A stretch of DNA of 64,000 bases from Trichosphaerium sp. ATCC 40318 (lineage: Eukaryota > Protista > Tubulinea): positions 186,001 through 250,000 of the forward strand of contig JALMLS010000320.1 of the NCBI GenBank assembly GCA_038496445.1, in the 5' to 3' direction. This document shows, one piece after another, positions 1 to 13,160 of the stretch (position 1 is the first letter of the stretch; each line of letters begins with the position of its first letter). The position numbers were made by a program, and so were the translations under genes. The notes under the pieces are model-generated. The model had not been told where the DNA came from, did no database searches, and saw only the letters and a program-made list of their open reading frames with translations.

Positions 1-242
1 AAAAACGTGGATCCATATCTTGTTGTTGCGTAATTGATGTTGTGCGATTGGTGACAATACAGAAAACAACTGACGAAATCTTTTGTATCTATTCTAACAC
101 ATTCTGTTTTAAGACATCTTTTTGAGTCTCCGTTGCTTGCAAGCATTTTGTGATTAAAGCTCTGCTTTGGGTATTTGGCTGTAGTGCTTAGTAATAGCGT
201 TGATATTGCTACTAAAAGCAGCAGGATGTTTGACTTGTTCAT
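1..242 (-). CDS. Secreted protein, 5' part only (runs off the window edge)
   Basis: ATG at 242 opens MNKSNILLLLVAISTLLLSTTA-KYPKQ...CLKTECVRID...CFLYCHQ, a signal peptide followed by Cys-containing sequence, with no stop before position 1. Confidence 0.6.
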   Translation of the reverse strand, partial: MNKSNILLLLVAISTLLLSTTAKYPKQSFNHKMLASNGDSKRCLKTECVRIDTKDFVSCFLYCHQSHNINYATTRYGSTF

Positions 243-1917
243 TAGGAGGTGCTAGTGTCGTGTTTTGAACTTTGCAATTGTTTAGGATACAACTTCCATT
301 TTAAGCCATTTTAGGGGAATTTTCGCTTTGTTAACTTCCGAACCTTGTTTAATAGAAAACTTTGACTTTTTTAGTTCTTTTTATCGTTGTGTTAGGCTCC
401 TTTAAGAAAACATTGGAAGTATAGGATGAATAATACGTGCCATGTGTCATTTTGCTGGTTTTGTTAAATAGTTGGAGAACGATATTCTAAAGAATGACCA
501 CCCGACTAAGTCTTTTAAAAGCTCTATATTTTGTAATATGTATTCGCACATGAGATCACTGTAAACAAGGAGCAAGTTGAAGAGTCTTATTTAAGTATGT
601 TGCACAAACGTAGAAAGTGTGTTCAAAATAGACAAAATGCTTTTCACATTTGTGCGTTCAACACCTACTGCTGCTAAAGTGCAAAAAACCTTTGGAGTTT
701 TTCCGTCTAAAAAGGTACTTTCGACTAGCTGTTTTGATGTTGTATTAGGAGTTTTCTGTAAAAAGGACAAGATATACCAAGTGAGCCAATCTCATTTGCT
801 ATTGAATATCAATTTCCAGCTCACGTAAACAGCTCAGTCGGTTGTGATATAATTAGGACTCACAAATAGAAGTAAGGTCTATATCTTCATAGTTTGTATG
901 ATGGTGTAGGCAGACGAATTAACAGCTAAATGCCCATAGTGATTACCAAAACGCCTAAAAAGGAGAAAATCTCCACGAGTTTTTGTCGATAATCTGGTCT
1001 ACTCCAATTACAGCACTTCTGCGCCAATTGTTTGAACAATTAAACTACCTAGTCACTTGCTATATCGTTATTCACTGTTGTAGCATTAGGAGAGAATGAT
1101 TTTTCCGAGTGGGAGAATATAAGGGTATGGCCTTGACCATCTTTCGGTGTAAGCTAGATTTCCATACAAGTAGAAAACGCTCGCGTCAAAGTACGAATAA
1201 AAAACCCTGGCATATCTACCTTGGGTAGAGCTCTATGAAAACCAGTTTTCGACTTAACCGCTGTAGCAATTTGTAACTGGTTGGATTGTGGTTATGGTGA
1301 AATAAAAGTTGTTGGCTTCGTTGTAAGCCTCCGGGAAGCATTTGTTTCATCCTAACTCATAACTTTAAAAATTTAAGTACCACAAGTTGAGTGAACGTGG
1401 CAAACAATGTCCGTCGCAAGCAAGTTCTGTCAGAACTGTCATATCTGTGACGTGTACGCGAGCTTTCATCCATCAAAAGCCTTATTTCTGACAGCTCTGT
1501 CTGCACCTCAGATTTGTACATCTTGGTTTTCTCCGCAAACTTGGACGCATAATATTTTTTTTTTTTGAGTTGATTTTTGCTACAGTTTGCTCTTTGTCCA
1601 ACGCTGTCCAGCACAATATTTCAGTGAATCATAGTCGCTAGGAAATCGAAGTAGTGGGCTTTCAGAACTTTTCTAAACTGTTAACCGGTTTGTAACCGGA
1701 AAAGTCTAACTTCGGGTAAACTCTTCTATTGTAATTTAGCCGACTCCTTACCTTAACGAATCGTTTGTACAATTTTGATGTAAGAACGTACCTTGGTACA
1801 ATGATAGTTCATGGATGCAGCTGTGTTGACGTTTATAAATTAAGTTACAACAAAATGAACATCACTCCTTCACAACAACACTTTTATAAACTGTAACACG
1901 AAAGAAGCACCCTCACA

Positions 1918-2486
1918 ATGTCTGTATACCTGGAACACGCGAATATTACTGTTTTAGATCTTAATGAAGCTGTTAAATTCATAACGACTGCATTTCCTGA
2001 TTGGAAAGTACGTGGCGGTGATAAAAGCACGTGGGTTCATGTTGGATCTGATACTACATACGTTGCGTAAGTAGACTTTACCTTTTGAAGTTTTGTGTTC
2101 CACAATGAATGTCATGTGAAATTACAATTATCCCCACGTGATAGGCAACTTTTTGAAAAGAAAGGACCCTTTCTTTAGAGCTTCTCAATTGATTAAAGCC
2201 AAGAAACTTATTGATTTTTTTCTTAAGGTACAATCTACGCGATAGTGCAAAGGATACTGCATCAAACTACTGTCGATCAGGGATTAATCATGTTGGTTTT
2301 GTTGTTACAGATGTCGATGCAATCGTAAAGAGATTGAAGGACGCTGGATACAAAGAAGGTTACAAGGTTGCTGAACAGCACAAGTTTCGTACTCGTATTT
2401 ACTACAATGATAAGTTCGGAATAGAATACGAGTTTGTTCAGTATCACTCCGATAAAATACAAGAGCGTAATGACTACACAAGCTAA
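1918..2486 (+). CDS. VOC / glyoxalase-bleomycin-resistance family protein, 2 exons
   Basis: MSVYLEHANITV...WVHVG...GINHVGFVVTDVDAIVKRL...RIYYNDKFGIEYEFVQY shows the VOC His/His/Glu pattern. A GT-AG intron at 2067-2227 joins the exons in frame. Confidence 0.85.
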
Positions 2487-2601
2487 ACAAGTGTTAAGCG
2501 TTGCTGTTTTAGACTATTAATAAAAAATCAATACCCGCAGTCACCTGTTCCTTGAAGCGAAGAAAACACTTTTATTTACTTTTAATACAGACTATCTTTT
2601 G

Positions 2602-4077
2602 TCACATCGCACAATACTCTTCAAGGTTTGTTATATTAGACTGTTGTATAACCTTACCAGCCACTAAAACCGATCTAATTCCGATTATATGATCTGGAAC
2701 CTCTTGTGGTACACATTCTTGATTTGCTATTGATGTAACATTAAACAGCTCAATGTGAAGCCCTTCTAGTACTCCTTTCTTTTTTGTACAGAAAACGTGC
2801 AATTGACCATTTTCATACCAAGCCTTACAAACACCATTCTCTTTACCTGCTTTGAAAGTATTCTCCTCTCGTAATTGCCCATTTGAATACCAGATACTCT
2901 CAATACCTTCCCTACCCCTCTTACAATACGTGCATTTATCTTTCAACTGGCCATTGGCATACCAAGTCTTCATCTCGCCTCTGACTTGTCTATTTGTTGT
3001 TGTGCAAGCCAGCTGGATTTGACCGTTTTCATAATAACAAGCGATCTTTTCTGTTACTCTATCAAGTTTAATGACCTTCCTCTCGATGCTGCCGTTCTCA
3101 TAGTACATGGTGGTCTCACCTGTGGTATTGCCTTCGCCTATAATTGATTTCGAGAGCAATTGACCATTTGGGTACCATTCTCTTGATACACCGTACTTCT
3201 CACCGTTCGTTAGAGTAGAGGCTTCTTTCAGGTTTCCGTTTCCGTAATATTTTCGTACTGGTCCTTCTATCTTGTTGTTCTTGGCAATATATTCCTTTTT
3301 CATAGCACCATGTTCGTACCACTTTCTAACACTAAAAGTTAGAATAAAACAAGAAAAAGAAACGGAGTAAAAACAAAAATGTATCATTTTAGCGCAGCTG
3401 CTGGCAATTTACAAGAAATGCTCGTTCAAGTACCTGCATTGACCATGTTTCTTGGCGTTTTTATATGTTTTTTGAGATTTCATTCTCCCATTGGTAAACC
3501 ACGTTGTTACGATGCCTTCATACTTTCCCTTTCTTCTGATACCATAAGTCTCCTTCGTACCATCACTGTACCATGTTTTAACTTCACCTTCTTCTGTACC
3601 ATTTACCTTGGTACTATGATACTCTAAGACACCATCTTCAGTCCAATTCTTATACTCTCCTTCTATTTTACCATTCACAAAGTTGAATTCTATTCCTAGC
3701 TGTCCATTTTTGTGATACCTCCTAAATAACCCATTCTTAACACCATTCACTTGACTATACTCTGTTTCTATCTCTCCGGTATCATAGAACTCTCTACAGT
3801 TTCCGTTTTTCCGCCAATGACCTTTAACTTTGCCGTTTGCATGCCATTGTATCCATAGACCGCTGCGTTCGAGTGATGGCGTAAAGTGGGTTCGAATTGC
3901 AAACGTTTTTGATAGCGTATGCCATTTTGTAAAGGATTCTGCATTAAACGAACAAATATAGCGTTGTATGTCGTTTGGGAGTGATTGAATAGAAATAGAA
4001 GTGTTGTTTGCAAATTCGTGTTTGCTTTGGTTCTTTTTGCGTAGAGCGATAGTACCGTCTTTGAGTGGAATTGACAT
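2602..4077 (-). CDS. F-box + MORN-variant (YwqK-like) repeat protein, 2 exons
   Basis: F-box-like SLPNDIQRYICSF, then many 24-aa W/Y-x-x-NG...G repeats. Intron 3433-3326 (GTAC..TTAG) joins the two ORFs as GQCR|KWYEHG. Confidence 0.85.
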
Positions 4078-4266
4078 TACTGGTTATGGTGTATAGGTTG
4101 TGTTATTTTTAATGGTGTTGTAAAAATAGGTACAATTTGGCGCGTAAATTTATTTCTCTTCAAAAAATAAGGTGTTCCGCTCGTACTTAAGAAGTCACAG
4201 TTCGTTATAGAATGAATGACAATACAAATGCAGACACTAGTATAAAGGAGTGATTTTTATTGTTAG

Positions 4267-5940
4267 TTAATCAGCTTGATCCCAGAAAGAGCCTATACAT
4301 ACTGGCTCATTAATACGACATATAATGTTGTTAAAGCAAAATATGGTGCAAAAGCCTTTAATGCAGTTCGACGCAAACACGCAAGGTGTGCTTTTAACAA
4401 TTCGTAAACACTGGCGTTGTTTTTTGCAAGGTATTCTAGCCGGAATTGATGGTGGTTGTGTTGGCTGTACTGGAGCTGTTGGCGCGGCTGTAGTTGGTAG
4501 ATTGGCTGGTGCAAATGGAATTGGAGCAGATGGTAGATTAGTTGGCGCTAGCGGATTCGGAGCAGCTGTAGTTGGTAGACTAGTTGGCGCGAATGGATTA
4601 GGAGCAGATGGTAGATTAGTTGGTGCGAATGGGTTTGGAGCAGATGGTAGGTTAGTTGGTGCAAGCGGATTAGGAGCAGCTGTAGTTGGTAGATTAGTTG
4701 GAGCAAATGGATTTGGAGCAGATGGTTCAGTCGGAGCGCTATTTGATGATACAATTATAGCAGATCTCTTTGGCTCGCCACAAAAAGCGCGAGTACCTTG
4801 TCTGCATAGCGAAGTGTTAGAATATATTTGGACAAAAATAAGAAGACGTACAAGGAGACTCCTTCATTTGAATAGTAGTTCTGAAACGCTCCATACAAAC
4901 TAGCAGCAATATTGCTGTCTTGTCCTGGAGCTGTCAATCTTATTGTGACACTGCACGATGCTGTTTGTGATCGTTCAATGTAAGATTGAAAGGAAAGTCT
5001 ACCATTACGTTGAACATATGAGTCAAGTGCATTTCTACTGCAAGATAGTGAAGTGTTAACAAGAAAACCCAAAGGTTGATCAAGAATAAAGTCACCACGA
5101 ACGAAAGCTGTTTGAAGCACTGGTAGCCTTTCGTAGTTTTCACAAGTCAGAGTAAACTTAATGTAGTCGCCTACTTTTAAGTTATTCATATCAGCTGATC
5201 CAATGGCTGTTAAATTGTGCCTGTAGTAAGTTAGTAAAGAAATGACAATTTAAGAAAATATTGAGAAACTGATGTACCAACAAGCAGCTTTAGGCTGACA
5301 GCAAGCATAAGATACTCGAGTATTTGTAGATACCAGAAGTTGCTTTCCTCGTAGAGTGTATTTTACCTCATCAACAGATGACAGATATGTTTCATTTGTG
5401 TAAGGTAAACAAACGTCAACAGGCTCAGTAATATCGTTCTCTACAGCATATTCTGCTTCAATTACATCTCCGGTTTCTGAATTTCTGTACTGTATTCCAA
5501 TATCCACATTGTTCGTAGACTCTTCGACACGGAAGTTGTAGCAATCTAAACCGAACATAAGTAACAAAATCAAGAACAAAAATAGGTTTGTTTGACGCAC
5601 AACAGCCATCTTGATTAAAATCCAGCGGTGGATCGATTCTACCATAGATGCCATTATACACAGCAGAACAAGACCCGATTGCAAATTCACTAGATAGCTC
5701 AAACCCAACACCAGATTTTATAGTGCAGGTGGTTCCGTTGAGAGGAAAACTATCTTCAATCGTTGCTACCAAGTCTCGTCTTTCACCAAGTATTGAAATG
5801 TCAATGGTTGTTAGAGAATTCTCTGGAGTTTTTGCGTTTGCTATAACGGTCCTGAATAACTGGAAGTCATCCATCTCTAGCGTTTGAACACATAGCATAT
5901 AAAGACTAAGCACGATCAAGAGGTGTTGTAATGACTGCAT
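4267..5940 (-). CDS. Secreted multidomain protein: N-domain, Ig/DUF11-like domain, Pro/Thr repeat linker, Cys-rich tail
   Basis: Signal peptide MQSLQHLLIVLSLYMLCVQT, then ILGERRDL, YACCQP, LKVGDYIKFTLTCENY, (APNPFAPTNLPS)n and a C-terminal Cys cluster. Paralog of 47100-48862 with matching intron positions. Confidence 0.75.
4440..4740 (-). repeat. Coding tandem repeat of 36/42 bp (APNPFAPTNLPS / APNPLAPTNLPTTA)
   Basis: About 6 near-identical units are visible. The + strand Gly/Ala-rich ORF 4325-4903 is their antisense shadow. Confidence 0.9.
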
Positions 5941-6551
5941 CTTATAGTAGTTTAAATAAAGTGGCACGCGCTTGTTTGAAGCGTGCTTGTTTATGTGAAC
6001 TTCTTTTTGACCAATAGTGAGCCATTGTGGATCCACAGACTTTGTTTTTGCAATATGCTTGTTAAATAGGTTACAACAGGAAGAACAAACTGACACGCGT
6101 TCTCAAAAATAAACGAGCTGATCATCTTTGTCACAATAATTGCACCTTTGTGAAACGGAACAAGGTGCAATTATTGATTACCTGCACTGGCATTGTTGTT
6201 ATGGCCAAATTTCGCCGCTAAAAGAAGATATAAAGTCCTTGTAGTTATAGTTCTCATGTTAAATCACGTGTCAATCCGTGAAATTAGCTCCTCGAGCGCG
6301 GGAGTTTAAACACATAAAATGTATGCTATTGGCGCAAATGTAAATGCTGTTGCTTTGTCAAGATTATTTGCCTACTTTAATTTTCTTTCTGAAAGTTAGT
6401 AGCAATTAATAACAGGTACAACGTTAAAATGTAATGACAATGAGAAGAGTAAGTATACTAATAAGGTTCTGAGAACCAAAAAACTGCGTAAACGATTGTA
6501 TTTCAAGGATGTTTTATTCAATCGTTGCAGTAGCTTGTACTAAAACCCGCC

Positions 6552-6710
6552 TCAAAACGGGCCTCCTGCAAGGAGATTAATACCAAGGTAGGTCAAGTGA
6601 TCATAAAGGTTTAGTCTTAGTAGAGGGACAGAGTCTGAGCACGTTGGATCTTCTCCAGAACCATCACAACTTCTATAAGAAGATGTATGTGTAGCAAACC
6701 AGTACTCATT
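6552..6710 (-). pseudogene. Orphan 3' exon of a class 3 lipase
   Basis: NEYWFATHTSSYRSCDGSGEDPTCSDSVPLLRLNLYDHLTYLGINLL* matches the Lipase_3 C-terminal E-x-W...C...GEDP-x-CS...DHLTY pattern. There is no GHSLG exon upstream before the next gene ends at 6996. Confidence 0.65.
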
Positions 6711-6995
6711 CTAGTATGAGCGTGTTGAAGCGCTGCAATGTCTTCGCCGCTGTTGGCGTTTTTTCAACAAACAAAGTCGCTACTCATATCCTAAATAATT
6801 TCTATGCCTCATATATGATAAAATGGATGCTTTAAGGTGAATTAAACATTCAATGCATGCGTGGTACAATGTACTGAATGCTTATACTGATGAACAAATA
6901 CAGCAAAAAAACGCAAATTGCTTCTTTCTTTTTTATCAATAGAGTCAATTTTCCAACCAGAAAGTTCTTTAATTCTTTTTTTTCTGGTGTATTTA

Positions 6996-8622
6996 TTAGG
7001 TCATGTAGTTGCGAAAGTATGATACAGGCAAATTATGAGCTACAACACGTGTTCTAATGCTGTTCTGTGAAACAGAGCGAACTATACAGTAGTTGTCATT
7101 ACTTGCATGTACGTAGCAGAACTTTTAATTCCTTTTTTGTACATGTAGGTATTGCTAGTTGAAGTGAGAGACCTTGCTCACCACCTGTGTTCACTACATT
7201 TTGTACCTGACACACTTTCTAAGAAAACAAAGTCAGACAGAGAATGAAGGTTATATATCTGTGATAGTGAAGTCGTACTAAACCATATTCCTTTTTGATG
7301 TGGTGAATTAAATGAGGTAAGATAAGGCTGTCTACTGTTAATTGTTCAAATATTTCAACATCTGACCTAAAACAACAGAGGATCCTTAGCTTTTAAGCCT
7401 TTCTCTTGGTCTTTTCTATTGACACTGTAACGTACCCATTAATATAGTATACATTAACTTGACCAGGTAACACATGACAGTATGGTGAACGAAATAGCTT
7501 TATAGTAAGTGAATCAAACCGCTTAGATGCTGTAGCACATTTCACAACAATATTTTTTGCAAGATTTCTGCAAAGCCTCTTCCAGCTTACACCAACAGCT
7601 GTTGCCCATAACTTTGAAGCTATAAATACGTATTAGTATACGTGATAAACATGGAAATGTCCACAGTAACAAATGTTGCTGTGATTGTACAATATGACGA
7701 GCACGTGTTTGGAACTTTTCCTCCCTTCATAGCTTCCTCAATATTCCTGCTATAAAACTCTTTACCAACGATATTATGTTTCCATGGTACAGTAATCTTT
7801 CCAGACCCAGTGTTACTATCATATTGAATTTCACTAAACTAAGCATGGAGTCAATATATTTACTTAATGCACTTTAACACACAATATTTAGCCGAGACTC
7901 TGTGTACTGTGTATAAGCCTGTATACCATGTGGCGATGTGAAGAAGTCATAGGCCCCTTCGTGTACGTTAACACAAAAGGATTTGGTAAAAAAGCCGCTT
8001 TTAGCCTACAGAGCGGTTAGTCTTGAGCTGTGGCATTACGTGTACATTTTCCATTATTGAATCCTTGTTTTTATTCCAAAACAGCTCAACTTGTTTGAAA
8101 AGGTAGATGGCAGATTGCAGTTTAATGGCATCACCTGTATGGTATGTAAGAGGACAAATATTCACTCTTTGAAGGCACAACATGTAACGCACAAGGTTTT
8201 AGTTTCATTCGCTTGCAATCAATAAAAACACCATAATAGTCTGCTGCATAGAAAACACTGAATGGATCAGATACTATCTGCTCTGTTGTGCCTGTTTTTA
8301 TCATTGATACGATGATTGGGAGGCAGTCAGAAAAGCTACAAAGATCAGTAAAAAACTTGTCAAAGAGAATTCCGTAAACAGCCAATTTTATTCACCTAGA
8401 TTCCTCCAATGCTACTTTTTTTACTTCATCGCTATCTTCTGATTCTGTCAGGTCTTTTGTTTCGGTGTTTCGATCAAAATGAGCTTTGCTTGCAAACAAC
8501 GATAGCGGTTGACTTTCTAGCTCGTCCGCTGTAAGCGAAAAGGAGAATTCGCCACATTTGTAGTGAATAGTCTCTTTGGGACTTTCATCCACCTTCTCTC
8601 GCTTTGACTTCGGTTCAGACAT
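6996..8622 (-). CDS. BTB/POZ (KCTD-type) domain protein with an uncharacterised C-terminus, multi-exon
   Basis: ETIHYKCGEFSFSLTADELESQPLSLFA...IIVSMIKTG...FYAADYYGV resembles a T1/BTB domain. Downstream exons can be spliced in frame to a stop at 6996. Confidence 0.6.
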
Positions 8623-9000
8623 GGTTGCAAGTATAGGGAACGTTCACTTACGAGATGGTACAATAATAGTCGAGATTGATTTTTCTGGACCGTTTGACGG
8701 TTGAACCGACACCAACTTTTTTTTTTTGCAACTTTTTTTTTTGAAAGCCAATAAAATGAATATAGTGATTAGAACTAAAGCGCCATGGAAAAGTACGTTT
8801 TCTGCCCGACAACCCTAGCAACTTAACGGCGTTTCATTCTGGTATCAGTTCTTACAAACGACTTCGCTTATAGCTTCTCCAAGAGATTGATTGTCTCTGG
8901 TTGAGAAATTGCTTCCATTGACTGATCAATGAATGATCTGGAAAACATTTCCACGTGACTTAAGAATACGTTTTATCCTTTAGAAGCAAGCAACGCGCCA

Positions 9001-9716
9001 ATGTCAGCAAAACACAAGGTAATTAGAATAATTAGTAACCTAATACTCATTTAACAACGACATAGAGGACTTGCGACTCCTATCGTATTTATAGCCACAT
9101 ATTACACCTTCCTGTGGAGCTACACCTTATTATCACAGAGATAGATGCTGAAATATATTGTTTATGGCCTCTGTTATCAAAACACACAGCGTTGACAACA
9201 AGGTTTGATATAGACTTGAAAAAACATGGTAAATGGTTAAGACACTCTTATCTCTCGAAGGTGCCACAAATACTACAACAAGATTACTGGATACATGGCC
9301 AAAGAAACGGCGAGAGCACCACTTGGTTTAACAATGGAATGTTACGCAAGCAGTACACGTTTATCAATAATGAACTACATGGCAGCTACAAAAAGTGGTA
9401 TGATGATGGTCAAATACGTATGGACTGTGTTTATGACAATGGTAAGCTACAAGGAGAATTCAAAGAGTGGCACATCCAGGGACACCTTGGAAAGATGTGC
9501 TTTTATGTTGATGGCAAAATACAAGGATTATGCAACCATTGGGGTGTCCAAGGTAACCTATGGATGCAATGTGACTATGATGATGGTAATCTAAAAGAAT
9601 ACAAGGAATGGCATACCAATGGTACATTATGGCAGTTGTGTAAGTATGAGAACAATAAACTGAAAGTGCGCAAGGCATGGGATATGCAGGGTAATTTGCA
9701 AATAGTTGAGCAATAA
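9001..9716 (+). CDS. F-box + MORN-variant repeat protein, 2 exons
   Basis: Exon 1 MSAKHK (9001-9018), phase-0 intron 9019-9065, then HLPVELHLII...WPLLSK...TTRFDIDLKKHGKW and 24-aa repeats. Confidence 0.85.
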
Positions 9717-9938
9717 AGAACAGTAAATTTTACTATCATTTGTTGAATTCAAGCATTCAAAAATGAACTGATCCTGCCTCTAGGTTGTCGTGTAAATCAG
9801 CAAATATATTGCTTTTAGACCACGTAATAGCATTGCTTATGCACAGCGTTGGTAGGGCTAAAGACTTGTATCAATTAACAATAAATTCTATTTTTACACC
9901 AACATATGAATGAATGTTTATTGACTTGTTTGGTACAT

Positions 9939-11499
9939 TTAGAAGGTTCTGTCGTCTCTTGAGCGACCGTGCATTGTACCAGTACCCTCAATAAGATTAT
10001 AAGGATACGGTAGCGGGTTGCTAGAGGCCTTGTTGAGTGCCTGCATTTGCTCATCAGTCAAGGTAAACTCAGTTGTACCGAGATTATCAAGAAGATGTCT
10101 CATTTTTCTTGCACCAATGAGAGTTGAAGTAACACCTGGTCTTTGCATCACCCAACGGAGTGCTACTTGAGCTACAGGACGCTTGATATCTTCTGAGATC
10201 TTTTTCAAAGCGTCAATAGTTCCCCACGTGCTAAAAAACAAGCATTAGAAAGTGAATGTTTTCAAGGTAACAACTTACTGTTCATTTGCAAGGTTTGACC
10301 ATGCTGTTTCTTTCCAACCTACTTTCTCAGCCCATGCAACTCGGCCGTCTTCTGGCTTCTTCATACCACGTACATACCTTCCAGACAACCAACCTCCTTT
10401 GAGAGGTGACCATGGAAGATAGGCAACATTGTTGGCCTATTGAGATTAGTATTTTAGAAAGCCTGTCAGTGACATACACGACAACATGGAAATAGTTCAT
10501 ATTCAGCGCTTCTAGACAAAAGACTGTATTGAGCTTGTAATGATACGAAACCTATTGATATAAATCAGCAAACACGGTAAAAAACTCAATGGGAAAAAAA
10601 GGTATTACATGTCATATTCTCATATCGAGCAATGTTCATTGCGTTTTGAACGGCCCACGCAGGCCAGTTTGAAATACCAATGTATCTTATTTTACCCTCC
10701 ATGACCAAGCTGTGAAGTGTTCTTAGAAGCTCACGAACTGGTGTACCAGCATCAAATCCATGAAGCTATGAAAAAAATAAGGTTGGCAAGAAAACGGCTT
10801 TTTAGCACGTGATTTCGCTCTTACTTGGTACAAATCGATGTAATCAACATCTAAACGCTCGAGAGACTCATTGAGACAACGAATAATAAAAGAACGGTTG
10901 TAACCAACATTGTTTGGTCCTTTACCACCCATACGGAAAAATCCTACGTGACATTAATAAAAACAACGCTTCAAACTTATGAAAATTTGTTTTTTCAAAA
11001 TTGTGACATCACGTGCCTTTTGTAGCAAGTACTATTTGATCTCTGTTGTTTCTAGCTTTGATCCATTTACCAACTATTATAAATTATAGGTCAGATGACA
11101 TGTGTTGCTTGTTTGGGAACACTAAATAGCAGAATTCTAGTTACAAACCAACGTACCGACTCTTTCACTTTCTCCTTTACCGTAAATGTTTGCGGTATCA
11201 AAAAAGTTACCACCAGCTTCTACAAACTTATCCATAAGAGCGAAACTCTCTTCAGTTGATATTGTAGGAAGGTTGTAGTCCATATTCTTTGCATTACCAA
11301 ACGTCATAGTACCTACAAAAGCAAAAAAAAGTTAACAAATGTTTCATAGTGCGAGAAACCCTAAAAACGGTTCGTACGTACCCATACAAATCTCAGAAAC
11401 CTTTACACCACTGTTACCAAGGTAGTTATATTTCATTGTTGTCTTTCCAGCAGGGTCGGACATAATTTTAGCTCTTAGTGAAGTATCTTCGTCAGACAT
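9939..11499 (-). CDS. Aldo-keto reductase, intact copy, 8 exons
   Basis: YLGNSGVKVSEICMGTMTFG, FFDTANIYG, VLATK, SLERLDVDYIDLYQLH, WSPLKGGWLSG, AQVALRWV and LIGAR motifs. All exons join in frame, with one GC-AG intron. Confidence 0.92.
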
Positions 11500-12092
11500 C
11501 GTCTATTAGTTCTACGATATTTTTTTTTGCTCGTTAGTAGTTGTAACCTGTTGGTCAACTTTACAATCTGATTTAATAAAAGTCGAAAATGGCGAAATTT
11601 CGCTTTTTTTTTGTCTTGATTCACAGGAGGAACATTTGCCCGTTCCAAGTACGAATTCATTTTAATCTAATCCTGTCTCCCCCGGACAATAGTTAGACCC
11701 TGTGTGGATATGATGAAAGAGACATTAAGAGTACCAAAACAAGCTAGTCTGATTCTTTTTTTGGTTTGAGGTTTCTGTTTTGTTTTTGGTGCTCCAAAGG
11801 TAATGAGTTTAGTGTAAGTACAGTTTTGAAATTGTACAAATTCTACCAAAAGCTTGTTCAAGGGTACAGCAAATTCAATCGAGGTTGAGAAAATATTAGG
11901 AGTGAAGCTGTCACTTACTTCAAAAAATGTAATAAGTCAAGTAAAGTAATATTTGTTATGTACGCTCTGAGGTAGCTGGCGATTAATGAGCATAGCAGTT
12001 AATTTATAATGTTTATTTATCTCCTCAGAAAATTGAATACCTAGGGAAGTATTCAGACCAACAACGAAAACATAAAAGAAAAAAACCAAAAC

Positions 12093-13160
12093 TTACGGTT
12101 TGTTGGATACAACTTCACCGTGTTTATACGTAGTCTCCTCAATTATCTGACCATTTTCCCACTTCTTTAACTCACCATGTCGTTTACCATCATAAAAATT
12201 ACAAGAAAAAGTAAGGTTGCCATAAACGTCATATCGTTCAACAAGACCATGAAACAAATCGTTTCGATATTCTGTTTGTGCGGTTAGACGCCCATGAGTA
12301 TATTCTTCATACTCCCCAAACTTCTTCCCCTTTATAAGCGTGTATTGTTCAGAAATATGACCCCTCGAATCAGTTATTGTTACTTTACCGGACATATCTC
12401 CGTGATTAAACGTCAAAGATGTATGTGAACCGTTTTTTGAATACCCACAATAAAGTTAGTAAATGCTATGATACGCAACTCTTAAGTAGATTTTTCAGAA
12501 TGAGACAATACTATAACAGCTGTGAATAACAAAATAAAAATGTTCTGAGGTAAGCGAAACGCCTCAAAGATTCATTTCGATCCAAAAGTAAAAAGTCAAA
12601 GAATTTTGGAATTGTTGACACTTGTCGCAAAAGCGATGCTGGAGAATATACAAAGTTGTGGGTACCTGTGCCACACGCCATGTTTTCTTAATTCCATATC
12701 AAATAAACCAGATGATGTGTCTTTAGATAATAGATGCCATTTTGAGTGTGGATAAGAAGCCAAAAGGTTGTGCAAGTCAGCTGGTATTAAATGAACCCAC
12801 CTGTCTTCTTCTAAGGCAATGCCAACAAAATAACCGGATTTTATCCTTTTAGAAACACCATATTCTTCTTCGAACATCTCACCTTCAAGCAGCTCGTCAC
12901 CTTCAAACAGCTCGTCTCCTTCAAAATGTTCCTCTTCTTGCAGCTTTTTAACATGGCTAGGAAGCTCCAAAGAACAAAGCTCTTCCCATGTAAGATGAGC
13001 AGCATCGTCAAGATCTACAGTGTCGCTATGCTGCGTTAGTATTTGATTAAGTTCATATCTTTGACAACGTACTCTTCTATCCACTCTTTGTCAGTGTGAA
13101 GGAAACTACTGAATGGTATTGTGGAAATATAACTCCCAGTGTTTTCTTTTCTTTTCTATC
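12093..13160 (-). pseudogene. Divergent F-box + MORN-variant family member with an acidic N-terminal insert, probably defective
   Basis: HLIPADLHNLL...WHLLSK...FDMELRKHGVW matches the family linker, and a MORN-variant exon lies at 12093-12444. The in-frame acceptor after a TACTAAC branch point reads GG instead of AG (12446-12445). The 5' end is unresolved. Confidence 0.6.

Noticed and set aside
830-1480. Possible spliced minus-strand gene containing DGHCLPRS (OTU-like motif)
   Set aside because: The frame is short, no other OTU motifs are present, and I could not build a convincing exon chain.
4325-4903. 192-aa Gly/Ala-rich + strand ORF
   Set aside because: It is the antisense shadow of the Pro/Thr repeat exon of the minus-strand secreted protein.
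7780-7830. TGSGK read as a helicase Walker A in the BTB gene
   Set aside because: It lacks the following T/S and the preceding hydrophobic strand, and no Walker B or other helicase motifs are present.
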